DNA from: Guillardia theta CCMP2712
Taxonomy: Eukaryota; Protista; Cryptophyta
Reading direction: 5' to 3'
Assembly: GCF_000315625.1 (NCBI RefSeq)
Contig: NW_005434648.1
Location: 124,079-188,000, forward strand
DNA: 63,922 nucleotides
The translations under genes were made by a program, and so were the position numbers. Positions 49,017 to 61,459 of the stretch are shown here, in pieces. A model generated the notes under the pieces. That model was not told where the DNA came from and made no database searches. It worked only from the letters and a program-made list of their open reading frames with translations. The stretch's first letter is position 1. Every line of letters begins with the position of its first letter.

Positions 49017-51694
49017 TCACTTGCTGTGGATCTTGAGAGCCTCATTGGGTTTGATGAGATGGTTGGAAGCGAAGACTGACATGATGCCGTTGATGTGACA
49101 GTAGGCCTTGCAGGCAAGCATCCCCCTCACTGCTTGTACAGTTGTCCACTGACAATAAGGAAGTTCAGATGTAGAGAGGAGGGGGAGGGAGGGAGGGAGG
49201 GAGGAGAAGGAGGGAGGAGAGAGAGCGAGAGAGAGGAGCGAGAGGCGGGAGGGGAGATGGGGAGTGTGGGGGGAGTGGATATTGTTGTGTATCAAAGCTC
49301 AAAACAAGATTGTCAAAGCGACTAAAAGGGATGAATGTGAAAGAACTTTCATGGACACTGAGAAACCAGTTGAAGACATGAAAGAGTGTCAGCTCAGGAG
49401 GAGGAGGAGGAGGAGGAGCAGCAGCAGCAGCAGAATTTGCCTCGATCAGCCACTTGAAGACAGCAGGAATTCTTCCTGTGACGACGAGGTTGTTGAAGGC
49501 GAGGACCTGGCGGCAGTCAGGGAGGGGAAGCGACGGGGCTGCTGACTGACTAACCCCATCGTACTTGGAGAGCGAGAGGCAGTAAACCTCCGGGATCATG
49601 CTCACATCCCCGAACACATCTTCAGGGTATGACAGCAGCTGCTCTCCGTGCATCTGAGCAAGAGGGTGACCGTCGACTCCCTCCTTCCGTCTCCCCTTGC
49701 TCCCTCCCTCCTTCCCTTCCTCTCTCCCCCTCCCTCTCCCTGCCCTCCCCGCTCGCCCGCCTCTCCCTCTGCTCCCTCCCTCCCTCCCTCTCCCGCCATC
49801 CCCTTAGCTAACGTGATGAAGGATGTTGCATGCTGCGATCTTGGCGTTTCTCTCGGCGAGATATCCGGACTTCACCTGCGACCTGTCAAGTTGCCAGCAG
49901 GAGCTGAGAACGAGGTGAACTGACTTCATCGCAGTCATCCTGCATCATCACGTCTCCGGCGGCAAACACGTTGATCCTTCCTTGCACCTTAACTTGCCCT
50001 TAGCTCCCGATCAGCTCGACAAGGAATGGGAGACCTGAAGTTTGCGGTTCACCCGCACGAAGCCTTTCTTGTCGAGAGTTCCTGCAGGGAAGGTGCTCCA
50101 TCACCCACTCTGCGCTGCGCTGCGCTGCTCTGCTCTGCCCTGCCCTGCTCTGCTCTGCTCTGCCCTGCTCTGCTCTGCTCTGCTCTGCTCTCCTTAGTTT
50201 CCTCTCCTTCGTTTTCTCTCCTTCTCTCCTCCTCCCCTTTCGTCCCTCCTCTCCTTCTCTCCTCTGCTCCACTCACCCGGCTGCGCGTTCCTTGCTACAG
50301 CATCGGAACGAGGAGACATGCCGCTGCACCTGCCATGTCGGCATCAGCTGTCACGAGAGCGCTTCTGATGGTCACAACAAGTAGACGCTGTCGGCCTCCA
50401 GGACTTCCCCGCCCTCCAGCACGCAACGCTGTCAGGAGAGGTGAGAGAGACGAACATTTCGAGAAGGAGAGAGGGGAAGGAGGGGAGGGAAGGGGGTGGG
50501 GGAGGAGGAGGTGAGGCTGAGGAGGAGGAGGAGGACATTTTTGAATTACATGCTCATCAAACTCCATCACGCGGCGATGAAGCATCAACTTCACTCCTGC
50601 AAACAAGTTTTATCGCAATGCTGTTGAGCCTGTTACCTCTACCCCTCCCTCTCCTCTTCTCCTCCCTCTCCTCTTCTCCTACCTCTCCTCTTCTCCTACC
50701 TCTCTTTCTCAGCCACTGCTCCACGTAGGCCTTGGCTGCAGCAGGAAGTTCCTTGCACATGCTCTGCATCGGTGAGGTCAGGGCCCTACAAGTCACGGGA
50801 AGCGCTCGAAGCTCAGCAACTCACCTCATGTGCATGAATTACAGTCACGGACTTGCTGGGGAAGGCAGATATGATCTCAGCTGCTAGCTCAGCTCCCGCC
50901 ATCCCACCCCCGACGATGATGACGGAGGAGGAAGAGACGAGTCTCGCGTGTTGATCCTGAGCAGGCAGTGAGCTGGGGCCTAGTCGTCAAGTCATGGAGT
51001 TTCTCTTGCCTGCCAGGTTTTCCTCCTCTCCGCTATTGTCGCCTCCCCTCGCCCCGCTCGCACGACCCCCGGGTAGGACGAGCCCGTGGCAAGGAGGCAG
51101 TAATCGAAGGGGACGATCCTCTTCCACTCCTCTCCTCCGGTCTCGCCGACCACCACCACCTGAACATGCTCGCCGCGTCAGCGACCACGAGGACCCTGGG
51201 CTGTCCTTGCCTGCCCGTCCTCCACGTCCTTGACACGCCCTCTCACCATGCGGCCCAGGGAGGCGTCGACTGCGCACGTCAGGTCTGAGATGTGATGAGG
51301 GTTGATGAAGCATCGGAAGATCCCCGGGGTGAACTCGAAGTATTCTTTCTCGTCGATCAGCGTCACTTCTATGTGCTCGCCGTGAGCTGCCAGGTGCTGA
51401 GCCGCCTGCAGCAGCTTCAGGTCAACCCAGTCAAGGTACTCCCCTGCCCCTCGGTACCTCCAGTCCTGCGAAGGAAGCGCCAACGATGACTATCCGGGTC
51501 TTGTCCTCCCTTGCGAACAAACTCGTGGGAAGGTGGAGGACAAACTTAGAGAAGAGGTGAAGCGGGTGAAATGCTCGTAGGATGAGGTCCCAAGTCTTGA
51601 AGACTCCCTTGATGAACAAGATGGAAAGATCGACAGGCATCTTGCTCAATGTGCTTGCAGGTGACTTGCTGCTTGTGAGAAAAGTTGCAGCCAT
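49017..51694 (-). CDS. AIFM2/FSP1-like FAD/NAD(P)H oxidoreductase; 5' end probably runs toward the assembly gap
   Basis: RIVIVGASFAGL, VTLIDEKEYFEFTPG, VPFDYCLLATGSSY, IIVGVGMAGAELAAEI, NVFAAGD, VYCLSLSKYDG, KWLIE|WT. Confidence 0.85.
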
Positions 51695-51848
51695 CTCGAT
51701 TAAGTGTGTGAAGGTTCCACTGCCAGAGAAGGTCGGCTGGATGAGAGCGCTACGTGAGGTGTGGGAGCAGCTCAGGAGCGAACGCAGGAGGGAGGAGAAT
51801 GGAGGTCAATGATTAGGAGCAAGACAGGGGGGGGGGGGGAGGAGAGGA

Positions 51849-51948
51849 NNNNNNNNNNNNNNNNNNNNNNNNNNNNNNNNNNNNNNNNNNNNNNNNNNNN
51901 NNNNNNNNNNNNNNNNNNNNNNNNNNNNNNNNNNNNNNNNNNNNNNNN
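51849..51948. other. Assembly gap (100 N)
   Basis: Run of N. Confidence 1.
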
Positions 51949-52755
51949 CCCCGGACGCCAGGTCAGGAATTTTTCTATGAGGCACCGACCATTCACTGAC
52001 ATCCGATCAGATCATCTTAGTAAAACCCGGGCACCCCTTAGCCCCCAGAGCGTATACCCCTCACACGCCAGAGGAGAGGAGGTCAGGGTAGGGAAGGAGG
52101 TGCGATGACTTCTTGCAGAGACCATTTTTTTTTAGAATAACGTACCAGGCGGATCTCCCTTTAAATCCCCCGGGGGCCCTCCCCTCGCCCTCCCTCCCCC
52201 TCCCCCCACCCAGCCCCCCCCCTGCTGCCCCCCCGGCCCCCTTGCTGCGGAGAGTCCGGAGCTCCGGCCCGGTTGCCACTAGGCGGATGAAGCGGTCATC
52301 CGATCTGTCAGCCGGTGATCATGACATGCCCGGCCGGGTGACTGTGTGACAGCCTGTGACGCCGGGACGCCGCCGAGTCCGTCAGGCCGGGCCGCCGGGC
52401 CGGGCCACGGCGCCACCGACCGGCGGACACTGAGTTAGGGGCATCCGCCGTTGACTCCTGGTGCCCCAGCCTCTAAGTTCACTCAAACTGAAACGGTTAA
52501 GCCAAAATCAGCACCGTAGGACAATCTTGGCATGGCACTGAGGAGACTCTACCATGATAGAGGGCCCGGCGCCGCCAATCGGCCTTCCGAACTGAGTTCC
52601 CGGCTTCCGACTGAGAGTTCTTTGGAGTTCGGTCAAGTTTCCGAGCCGAGTCGAGCCCGAGCCCGGGCCCGCCCCCCCGGCCCGCCCGGCGGCGGGTGCT
52701 CGAACTTACGGCGGCGGGTGCTCGAACTTATAAGTACGAAAAGTTTCCTCGTACT

Positions 52756-54290
52756 ATGGCGACAGTGGCATCGGCAAGATGGCCGAAGCGCATGCTGGTA
52801 TGCACCAGCAGGTGGACCATGTCGAGCGCTTTCAGGCACAAGGAGAACTCCATGCTCTCTGCCCCTCTCATCTGCCGCCTCCATGCAGGTTCGAACTTGA
52901 TCCATGGCAGAGAACAGAAGGTAACTCTTGCTGGAGCTCGGACGCTCTGGTCATGGGGGAGTGCGGACCATGGAAGAGGAGGATCAGGTGGCCACACCGA
53001 TGCCCCCATCTTTGAAGTCATCCAGAAAGAACCGGAGAAGGTCGAGAAACCAGTGCTTCCAGCCAAGCTCATCAAGAAAGTTGCGTGCGGTGGAGCGCAC
53101 AGCATGATCGTGACGGAGTCAGGAAGGCTGCTGACATGCGGGCTCAACGACAACGGGCAACTTGGACTAGGAAACCTCGAGAACGCCAGCGAGTTCGAGG
53201 AGGTGAAGGGGACAGAGTCCATAGCTGACGTGGCTGCTGGGTTCTGGCACACCCTCGCAGCATCCAAGAAGGGCAAGCTCTACGCGTGGGGCTCGAACAA
53301 GCACGGGCAGCTGGGGCATCATGACACTGCTGTCAAGTTGGCGGTGGAGCCCCAGGAGATCCTTCTGCTGCGAGATGCTCCCATCAAGCAGGTTGCCTGC
53401 GGTTCCTACCACAGCATGGCGTTGACCAAGGACGGGGAGGTATACACATGGGGGTTCGGAGCGCATGGGCGGCTGGGCCATGGCTCGACTGAGGACGAGT
53501 TCATGCCGAAGCGAGTGGAAGCACTAGTGGGAGAGAATATCTCTTCCATCCATGCAGGGTTTGAGTATTCGAGTGCCGTGAGCACAAGTGGCAAGGTCTT
53601 CGTGTGGGGGTACGGTCATTTCTATGTGCTGGGCCAGGGAGACAAGAAGGACCAGCTGGCGCCTGTTGTGCTCGACTTCCCCACGAGCATCAGACAGCTT
53701 GCTTTCGGCTCCTTCCATGCTGCCGCCGTCTCGCACAGCGGGATGCTGTTCACTTGGGGACATGCTACTCACGGTCCTCTCGGACATGGGTTGAAATCCC
53801 CGAACATCATCCTGGAGCCAACTGTTCTTGATGCACCCGCACAGGTATCTCGATCTTTCCTCCTCCTCCCTCTCCAGCTTTCAACCTCTTGCCTTGTCCC
53901 TGAGTCCTCGGACATGATCTCTCTCTATTGCCAGCATAACCTGCACTCTCCGTTTCTAACCATCTGTTTTTGTTCTGTAGTTGCAGAACAGCAAGCAGGT
54001 AGCATGCGGATCGCAACACACGCTTGTCGTTACTGGTGTCCTTTGCACGCCCCATCCTTCTTTCCTCCCATGACACGTCATGCCAGGCACCGGCGATGTC
54101 TTCTCTTTCGGGTTGGGTGGTCAAGGTCAGCTCGGGCTGGGAAGTGACTTGGACCATTATGAGCCGAAGCAGGTGAAGGGAGTCCTGTTGTACTGGTCCC
54201 TGACTCCTCCTCCTGCTCTAGATTCCTCGTTTTGTGGGCAAGTCCCTGCGGCAGGTCGCGTGCGGTCTGTTCCACTGTATTGGTTTTTGA
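52756..54290 (+). CDS. RCC1-repeat beta-propeller protein with an R/S-rich, organelle-targeting-like N-terminus
   Basis: Repeated VACGxxHS...G.VYTWG...GQLG motifs; final exons VFSFGLGGQGQLG and QVACGLFHCIGF*. Confidence 0.9.
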
Positions 54291-54321
54291 ATGCAACTCC
54301 CTCCTCCTTGGCCTCCCCCTC

Positions 54322-56870
54322 CTATGCTATCAGCCACGTCCTCCCTCCCGGTGAGAAGACGGTCATGTTGCGGGACGATGCGAACTCGTCTACTGCCTTT
54401 TTTACACCTGCCCAACCTGAGCGTGAAACGTGAGCAGGGTGGAGGGTGGTGGGGGTGGGTAGGGTGCAGGAGGGAGAGGGTAGGAGGGAGTAGGTAGGAG
54501 GGGAGGTGTAGCAAAGTGAAGGAGGCGGGGGGAGCGAGTTCCAATCAGGTACACGACAATTCTCTGTAACATCACCATAGTCATCTCCAAACATGATGCC
54601 CTTGGGCGAGAGGATGGGGAAGTAGTTGGCAATATCGGCTCTGCGGAAGGAAAGCTGTAAGAGCTCGATGAGAGGTCTCCGTCCTCCTCTCCCTCCCACC
54701 TCCCGCCTCCCGCCTCCACCGTCCTGCCCTTTCTTGTTTTTGCCATCTTTTTCCTTCTTCCTCTTCCTTTTCTTCCTCCTCTCCCTCCTCCCTGCCTCCT
54801 GCCTCCTGCCCTTCCTTCTGCATCTTTCCTACTGCCTTTCCTTCATTCTTTTCATCCTGTCTCCTGTCTCCTTCCTGCCCCCCGCCTGCTGCCTACTCCT
54901 CACTTGACATCATCGTAGTCATGGTTCCCATCAATGAAGATCAAGTCCGCCAAGGGGAGGTCCTGCGTCTTCTTCACTTCACATCCTCACGCCGCCGCCG
55001 CAACCTCTCTGTCCAGCAAGTACTTAAGGTACTTGGACGCGATGTTGGCGGGAGCCGCGATGGGGATGACGACTGAGGAGAATCCTGAGGAGATGATGTT
55101 GTGCATGAATTCTCGTTGAACCGTAGGATATCCTGTCGAAGATTTCACAAAGGTTGGAGAGACTGGAGAGGAGGAGGAGGCAAGGGCGAGAGGGGACAGG
55201 GAAGGTACGAGGAAACAAGATGAATGCGTCTAAATTATCTCACCGTTCTTGAGGGGAAGTCGCTGAGACTTCAGGTCTGTCGAAGTCCCCAGCCAAGTGT
55301 CGACGCAGATTATTTTCGTCCGACATCCCCAACTATCAGCGCAAGAGGAGCATTACCCACCCTCCGCACTTTGACGGCGCTCACCCCTTGGCTCGCAGTA
55401 CGCTTCCCATCTGGATGGCCGATCCTCCCTTCCAGCTGCCAACCTGCCGGGCAAGACGAGAAGCTGAGGAGGAAGAGGTGCCTCGAGCTCGCTGACGTCT
55501 CTACCTCGATGATCAACTTGGGCTGGGTCAGATGGATCAGCGAGGCCATCATGTTGGTATCGTGCCCCTGGTGCTCCCCAGCCGAGAAGGTCAGCCCCTG
55601 GTGGTCAAGTCAGACATGTTGCAACGGCAGCATCCTGAAGCAGCAGCGCCGACCGTGGAGTCGAAGTCACTGTAGGGGTTCTGAGGATGGATCTGCCTGA
55701 ACACGGCAGAGAGCTCGTGCTCATCCTCTGACGGACAGGCCTCAGCCCCACCTGAGGACCGTCGTCAGCCGCGGATCTCGGAGACAGGAAAGTCTCTTCC
55801 CTCGCTCGAGAGCACATCTGCTGTCGTCCGAAGCTTCTCGTCGTCTCCAAGTGCGTAGGTGACTTGTGACAGTGTCCCCCCTTGGCGGAGAAAGGCATGG
55901 ACTACTTGGATCTTTCAAACGCAAGTGACCCCATACAACTCTACTTATCCCATAAGCTCCCTCACCAGCTCGCCCTTGAGCCTCCTCGAACTGATCTCCT
56001 GATCGATCTGGAATACAAGCCTGCACCGGCCATTCCTCCATCAGCCTGCAAGACTCCTCCTCCCCCCGCAGAGCAAGTTACCTCAAGTGTTCAGCAATAT
56101 TCCCCATGTCTCCTCCTCCTTCCAGTCCTCGCACAGCCTGCTTGCACCATCATGGCTGCTTCAACCTTGCTTCACCATGAGGCGTGCCTCTATGATGTGC
56201 GATCGTGCAGTCTCCAACATTCTCTCTTCTCCTCCGCTGAGCGTCGGGAGGGAAACCCCCGTGCTACCTGAGGAAGAGACCTCTTTCTTCAGCGCCATGC
56301 TGCTATCAAGCACTCCCCAACCTGTCCCTGGCTCGGCAATGAAGTAGCTCACGCTCAGATTCTTGAGCTCCACGTTGCCCTCCTCCCCGTGCGGCAGCTC
56401 AAACAATCTGACTGTCGCAGAGTGCATTCCCACCTGCAAGGGTTGTGAGCACCCGCTGTCAAGCTTGCTGCTGGCAACTTGTTGCCCCATGATCGAGACT
56501 TCATACTCAAGTTGCTTCTCCTCGAACGTTCGGATGATCCTCCCGTCAACCTGCATCCCTCCCTTCATCTTCCCTCGTCCTCGGGCCGAACCTGCAGGAC
56601 CTCGAGGACGGCGAAGCCATCTTCATCTGCACTTCTCTCAAACAAGAAGACAGCCTGTGAGCATCAAGGAACAAATCAGATCTCTCTCACTCCGCTGAGC
56701 GGGAAGATACCTCCGAAGTGTCATAACTTCGACCATCTTTGGGGATCCTGAACTCCAACGATGAACCTGGGTGTTTCTTCAGAGCGTCATGAGCTTGAAA
56801 AGCCACAAGCTTCACCGTGTCCGGCGAAGAACACGCCCAGGGTAAGTAGAATGACGGAGAACCTGACCAT
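54322..56870 (-). CDS. Class I SAM-dependent methyltransferase (Methyltransf_24-like) with a signal peptide and N-terminal extension
   Basis: PKLIIE|VGSWKGGSAI, ICVDTWLG, YPTVQREFMHNI, ADLIFIDGNHDYDDVK, LSPKGIMFGDDY, WAGVKKAVDEF; N-terminus MVRFSVILLTLGVFFAG. Confidence 0.82.
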
Positions 56871-57441
56871 TTCTTGTTGTGGACTCTTATCCTTCACCCT
56901 CAATAGACCTGTGCTGTTCAAGGCAAAGCCACAACGTTGAACCCGACAGTCTTTCTCACTATCTACATCAGCATGCAAGATCCCAACAGATATCTATGCA
57001 GGAACCACCGAGGCAACGCCGTTGCCACCCTGTTTCTTTTTTCGCTCCTCTGTATTCCTTCTCTTCCTCTTCCTCTTCTCTTGCTTGTCGTCCGTCGGTG
57101 CCGCGCTTTGCGGCTTGTCGCAATGATCCTGTCTTTCAGTCCCGGTGTTGCCCCTCTAATTAGGCTACACTCGGGTCGGCCCGGGCCCCGGATCCGTGGC
57201 ACTGCAGCCGGATGATCCGACCGGCGTCCGACGCGCGCGGCCCGGCCCCCAGGCCTCAGGCCGGGCATCAACTTGACTTGCGGCCGCTGAGTGCCGCGGT
57301 GCAGTGCCACGGCCGGCCACCGTAGTCCGCCGCCGGGCCGGCGCCCCGGCCGGCGCATCACAGGCCCTTCACCAATGGTAGTACGGTACGGTCCGATCAT
57401 CATGGCATGTAGCGGGGGTGTTCACAAAGTTTCAAGAATAG

Positions 57442-57496
57442 CCTGTAAAGTTGGGTCTGTAAAAGTTTAGCCTGTAAAGTTGAGACTGTAAAGTTT
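57442..57496. promoter_or_regulatory. Four copies of CTGTAAA(A)GTT in a divergent intergenic region
   Basis: The repeat is directly visible; the regulatory role is inferred from position only. Confidence 0.35.
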
Positions 57497-58527
57497 GTCG
57501 GAGTACCCTAGTACCCACTCAGCACTACTACCGGCCGGGTGACGGGCCCGGTCCACGGCACGGTTTCGGATCAATTTTTTTTCCCCACAATTTTTTCTTC
57601 ACCCAGTTACGATAGGTGCTGATAACCGAGGGGGTGGGGGTTCAAAACCAGGGATGGTGGGGTAGATCAGGAGACATTTTTCTCCTTCCAGGATGGCCAC
57701 CATCACCCCCCAGGATCTGATCGACTTTGCGTAGAAAGGGTGTGGTGGGGTCATGGAAACAATCGACGAGGGGGAGGGGTAATATTGATTTTTGGGGGGT
57801 GGGGGTCATGGATCCATTCGTTTTACAGCAATGGTGTTTCGATTCAGTAAAACTTGAGTCCGGGGTGGGGGTGGTGAAGAGTAAGGGTAGAAGGTACGGA
57901 GATTGAATATACGGTGGGTAAGGTGATTTTATGGGGGTGGGTAGAATAAATGAGGGGTAGGGGTACATAATCAATTTTATACTATAATTATGCAGAGAGA
58001 TTGATCAGAAATGGCCATAGATAAAATCAAGAAGGGCATTCATGAAGGAGCCGACTTGTCGAGAAATCTGATGTATGCGGGGTGGGGTGATTATCCCAGG
58101 GATAAGGAATGATGGTGGGATAAATGGATGGGGTAGGGGTTATCCGAAGGTATTTTGTCGGGGGGTGGGGATCCGGACACATAACAAGTTTGTATCACGA
58201 AAATTCAGCAGCAAGGTGTACGAAGAACAGAGTAGAACAAGGAAGAGGAGAGGAGGAAGAGGTAGCGTATCGTGTAGTCTGACGTGCACGAAGGAAGAGA
58301 TTCAGGGATGGTTGCTTGAGAGACAATGGGGGTGGTGTTTCAAGCATGATCTTTATAGAATGTTTCTCGATTCGAGAGTCGGTTCTCCACGATCATGGTC
58401 AAGTGTGTAGTAGTTTTTTCAAAGAAAGTACACGCTCTCACAATGCAATGACTAGCACGTAATATACAAGATGCCAATTGATGTCCTTGTGGTGTTCTGA
58501 TATCTTTTGTGTCAGGAATCGGGAAGC

Positions 58528-59400
58528 ATGTTCCGAGTTTCTTCGCTCGCGCTTTCCCTTGCGCTGTTTGCCGCTTCCTCGCAAACATCCTTCGCGTTCC
58601 TCGGGGCCCCAAAGTTGAGTGCCATGAAATCAAGACCTGTGCTCCGCAACAACGCCTGCTCCACAAAGATGGTGTTCTGGTCCAGCAAGTCAAAGTATGC
58701 TGAGGAGAACGAGAAGATCGTGAAGCCACTAATGAAAGCCAACAAGAAATGGATCAAGGAGAAGAAGAGCCAGGACCCTGAGTTCTTCACCAAGCTCGGA
58801 CAGACGCACAAGCCCGAGGTCTACTGGATTGGATCCTCGGATTCTCGTCTTGCAGCCAACGAGATCATCGGAGCTGAACCTGGCGAAGTGTTCGTCTCTC
58901 GTAACATGGCCAACATTGTGAGCAAGCACGACATCAACCTCATGAGCGCCCTGCAGTATGCCGTCGACTACCTCGAGGTACCTCACATCATCGTCTGCGG
59001 CCACTACAGCTGCAGCGGAGTTAGGGCAGCCCTGAACAACGAGAACTTCGCGAGCCCGTTGGAGAACTGGGTGGCACAGATCAGGGAGGTTTACCGCATC
59101 CACGCTGAGGAGCTGGAAGCTATTGAGGACAAGGAGGAGCGTCTGAGAAGGCTGGTGGAATGCAATGTGATCGAGTCATGCAGGTCGGTCTATGACCTGA
59201 CCATCGTACAGAACCGGTTGAAGGCTACTTCCCAGAGTCAGTTGTATGCCACTCCCAGGATCCACGCTCTCGTCTACGATGTTTCTTCTGGAGAGCTCAA
59301 GAGATTGAACTGGGTGGATCCGGATATGGAGGACCCCTACGAAATGAAGTACGATCTCGAGCAGATCCGAACCAAGCCCCTTGAGTTCGCAACATTGTAA
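58528..59400 (+). CDS. Beta-class carbonic anhydrase homolog with bipartite presequence; first Zn-ligand Cys replaced by Ser
   Basis: WIGSSDSR, PGEVFVSRNMAN, SALQYAVDYLEVPHIIVCGHYSCSGV, LVECNV, IHALVYDVSSGEL; N-terminus MFRVSSLALSLALFAASSQTSFAF. Confidence 0.92.
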   Translation: MFRVSSLALSLALFAASSQTSFAFLGAPKLSAMKSRPVLRNNACSTKMVFWSSKSKYAEENEKIVKPLMKANKKWIKEKKSQDPEFFTKLGQTHKPEVYWIGSSDSRLAANEIIGAEPGEVFVSRNMANIVSKHDINLMSALQYAVDYLEVPHIIVCGHYSCSGVRAALNNENFASPLENWVAQIREVYRIHAEELEAIEDKEERLRRLVECNVIESCRSVYDLTIVQNRLKATSQSQLYATPRIHALVYDVSSGELKRLNWVDPDMEDPYEMKYDLEQIRTKPLEFATL

Positions 59401-59609
59401 GGAATGAGTGCATGCTTCTCTTTTTCATGTCCTTCACTGTTTTTCCCCCCTTGCTAGATTACAGATGGTGCGTTATATAAAGTTAAATTCTAGAATGAAT
59501 TATCAGGCGATGATTGCACTAAAAATTTATCAGATATTTCATCCTCCCAAAAACAGTGTCCGAATTCTATCCATCTTCCTTTCACAACTATCGTTACATC
59601 TCAAGAGTT

Positions 59610-60428
59610 CTAATCTTGCTCATCTTCTTGCTGCACCCAGTTGTACACACCCTGGGTGTACGCCCACATAGCAAAGCTTGGGAGCGCAGCGATACCGGTG
59701 ATAACGATGAGACTTAGCACGTCCTGAATGCGATGCCAGTCTGCATTCGGAACCAGGAAACCCGAAATCAGCACGTTGACCGGGACCGCAACGACGGTCG
59801 CAACCTTGGCGATACCTTGCATGTTAGAGTTGTCAAGCGTTTCCTCCTTGGAGAGGAATGACAGCAGGCCCAGGACAGGAACCCAGAGTGCGATGAGTTT
59901 CAGCGCCCCCGCACCCAGTTCAGCAGGAGAAACACTTGCACCCTCCTTCTCCGCGAGGAAATCTTTCCTGATCTTCTTGCTGTAGACCTCCTTGGAGCTT
60001 CCTTCCTCACCCTCGCCCGCTCTCTTGATCATCATCCGGACACTGTCCACCGCTTCCTCTGCCGCCTCCGATGGGTTCGTCACCCCGACAGATGGTCTCT
60101 TGTCGATTGACATGTGCATGATATCAGATCTTGTGACTTTGTGATATGAAGGCTCTAGCGTTAACTCGTTCGCTGAAACGGGGCTTGCCAGCGCCAAGGA
60201 GACGAGCAGGGCCCCACAAGATGCCTTGAACGCATCGAGAGTCTGCAACTTGCTGTCCCCTTTGTGATGTTGGGCCTGCATAACAGACCAGCTGCAAGTG
60301 CTCTGTCTCCGTGCGACACATTCCAAAGGGCGCGGCTGGGTTCGAACGATCCTCAATGACGCGAAGGCATCGCAGGAGGCTAGATACGTCAGGGCGATCG
60401 CTGCGAGGAGAACGTGGTAGCTTCTCAT
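59610..60428 (-). CDS. Hypothetical plastid-targeted membrane protein, intronless
   Basis: MRSYHVLLAAIALTYLASCDA|F, then a transit-like region, a second hydrophobic signal ending VSA (thylakoid-like), and about 3 C-terminal hydrophobic segments. Confidence 0.7.
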   Translation of the reverse strand: MRSYHVLLAAIALTYLASCDAFASLRIVRTQPRPLECVARRQSTCSWSVMQAQHHKGDSKLQTLDAFKASCGALLVSLALASPVSANELTLEPSYHKVTRSDIMHMSIDKRPSVGVTNPSEAAEEAVDSVRMMIKRAGEGEEGSSKEVYSKKIRKDFLAEKEGASVSPAELGAGALKLIALWVPVLGLLSFLSKEETLDNSNMQGIAKVATVVAVPVNVLISGFLVPNADWHRIQDVLSLIVITGIAALPSFAMWAYTQGVYNWVQQEDEQD

Positions 60429-61459
60429 GTTGCCCAAGACTTGCTGAAGACAAGGCAGCTCGATGATGAACACGTCAGAAAAGGTCGGGAGAGGAGAAGG
60501 CAACTACTGCGAGGAGGGTGAAGTGGTGGCTGGAAGGCGGATGAGGGGGACTGCGAGACCTGCGTAGCGCCTGGGGTTTGTTTATGAGAGGACATTCGTT
60601 TTAAAATATATTTAGAAAAGCTCACGGTAATGATTTAATATTCAACTTTTTGGTTAGTACCAGAGAGATCTGATTTAAAAAGCACATCTCTAAAATGAGA
60701 AACTCAGTTTACAGCCTTGCCTTCGCAGGGACGGGTCACTTCAGCGTGACCGGGCCGGGCCCGGGCCGCCGCCGGGGCCTGCCGCACTGCGGACTCTCTG
60801 TGTAAGAAATTTGAAGTTGGGAAGTCATTCGGGCCGGTTTACTCCGAAAGTCTCGTAAGTAAAAATCAGTACGTGGACAATCAGGAGAGTAGCCTGAGGA
60901 GGCTTGACCCGGCCCGGCGGGCCGATTGCCCTGACACAGTGTCGCACGCCGGCCCGGGTCACGTTGGGAAAGTTGGGTCACGGTCGGACTCGGACTGGCC
61001 GGCGGACCCACTGGCACGGGGTGACACGGCCCGGCCGTGGGGCCCGGGGCCAGGCTGTGAAGCCATCATTTTAAAAAAGTCAACCGGCGGCCGAGCCTGA
61101 TGAAATGAATGATGCTCATCTTTATTTTTTTAGTTAACGATAGCTGTAAAATCCCTCGTTATAAGTAATCGAAACAGCACGATTTCGGTGTTTTTAAATC
61201 ACTTGTTCAACAACTATTGCCGTGCCACGACATCTGTGATCCTTTTCCCCAACCCGTGGACCTGGTTCTCCCCTCCTCCTCCTCCCGCCCCCGCACATCC
61301 TCTCTCTCTTCTCACAGCAGTACCCTCCAGGTCCTGAATCGGATCCCTTCCATCCTTGTACCCTCCCTCGTTCCTCCCACCAACATTGGTCGATTGCGTC
61401 CCTTGCTCCTACCCAGGTTGTCCTCCAAAGGCTGATCCTTTCAGGAGAACGTTACCATC

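Noticed and set aside
52756-54290. UVR8 photoreceptor
   Set aside because: It lacks the repeated GWRHT motifs (has GFWHT, GSYHS, GSFHA), so it is a generic RCC1-repeat protein.
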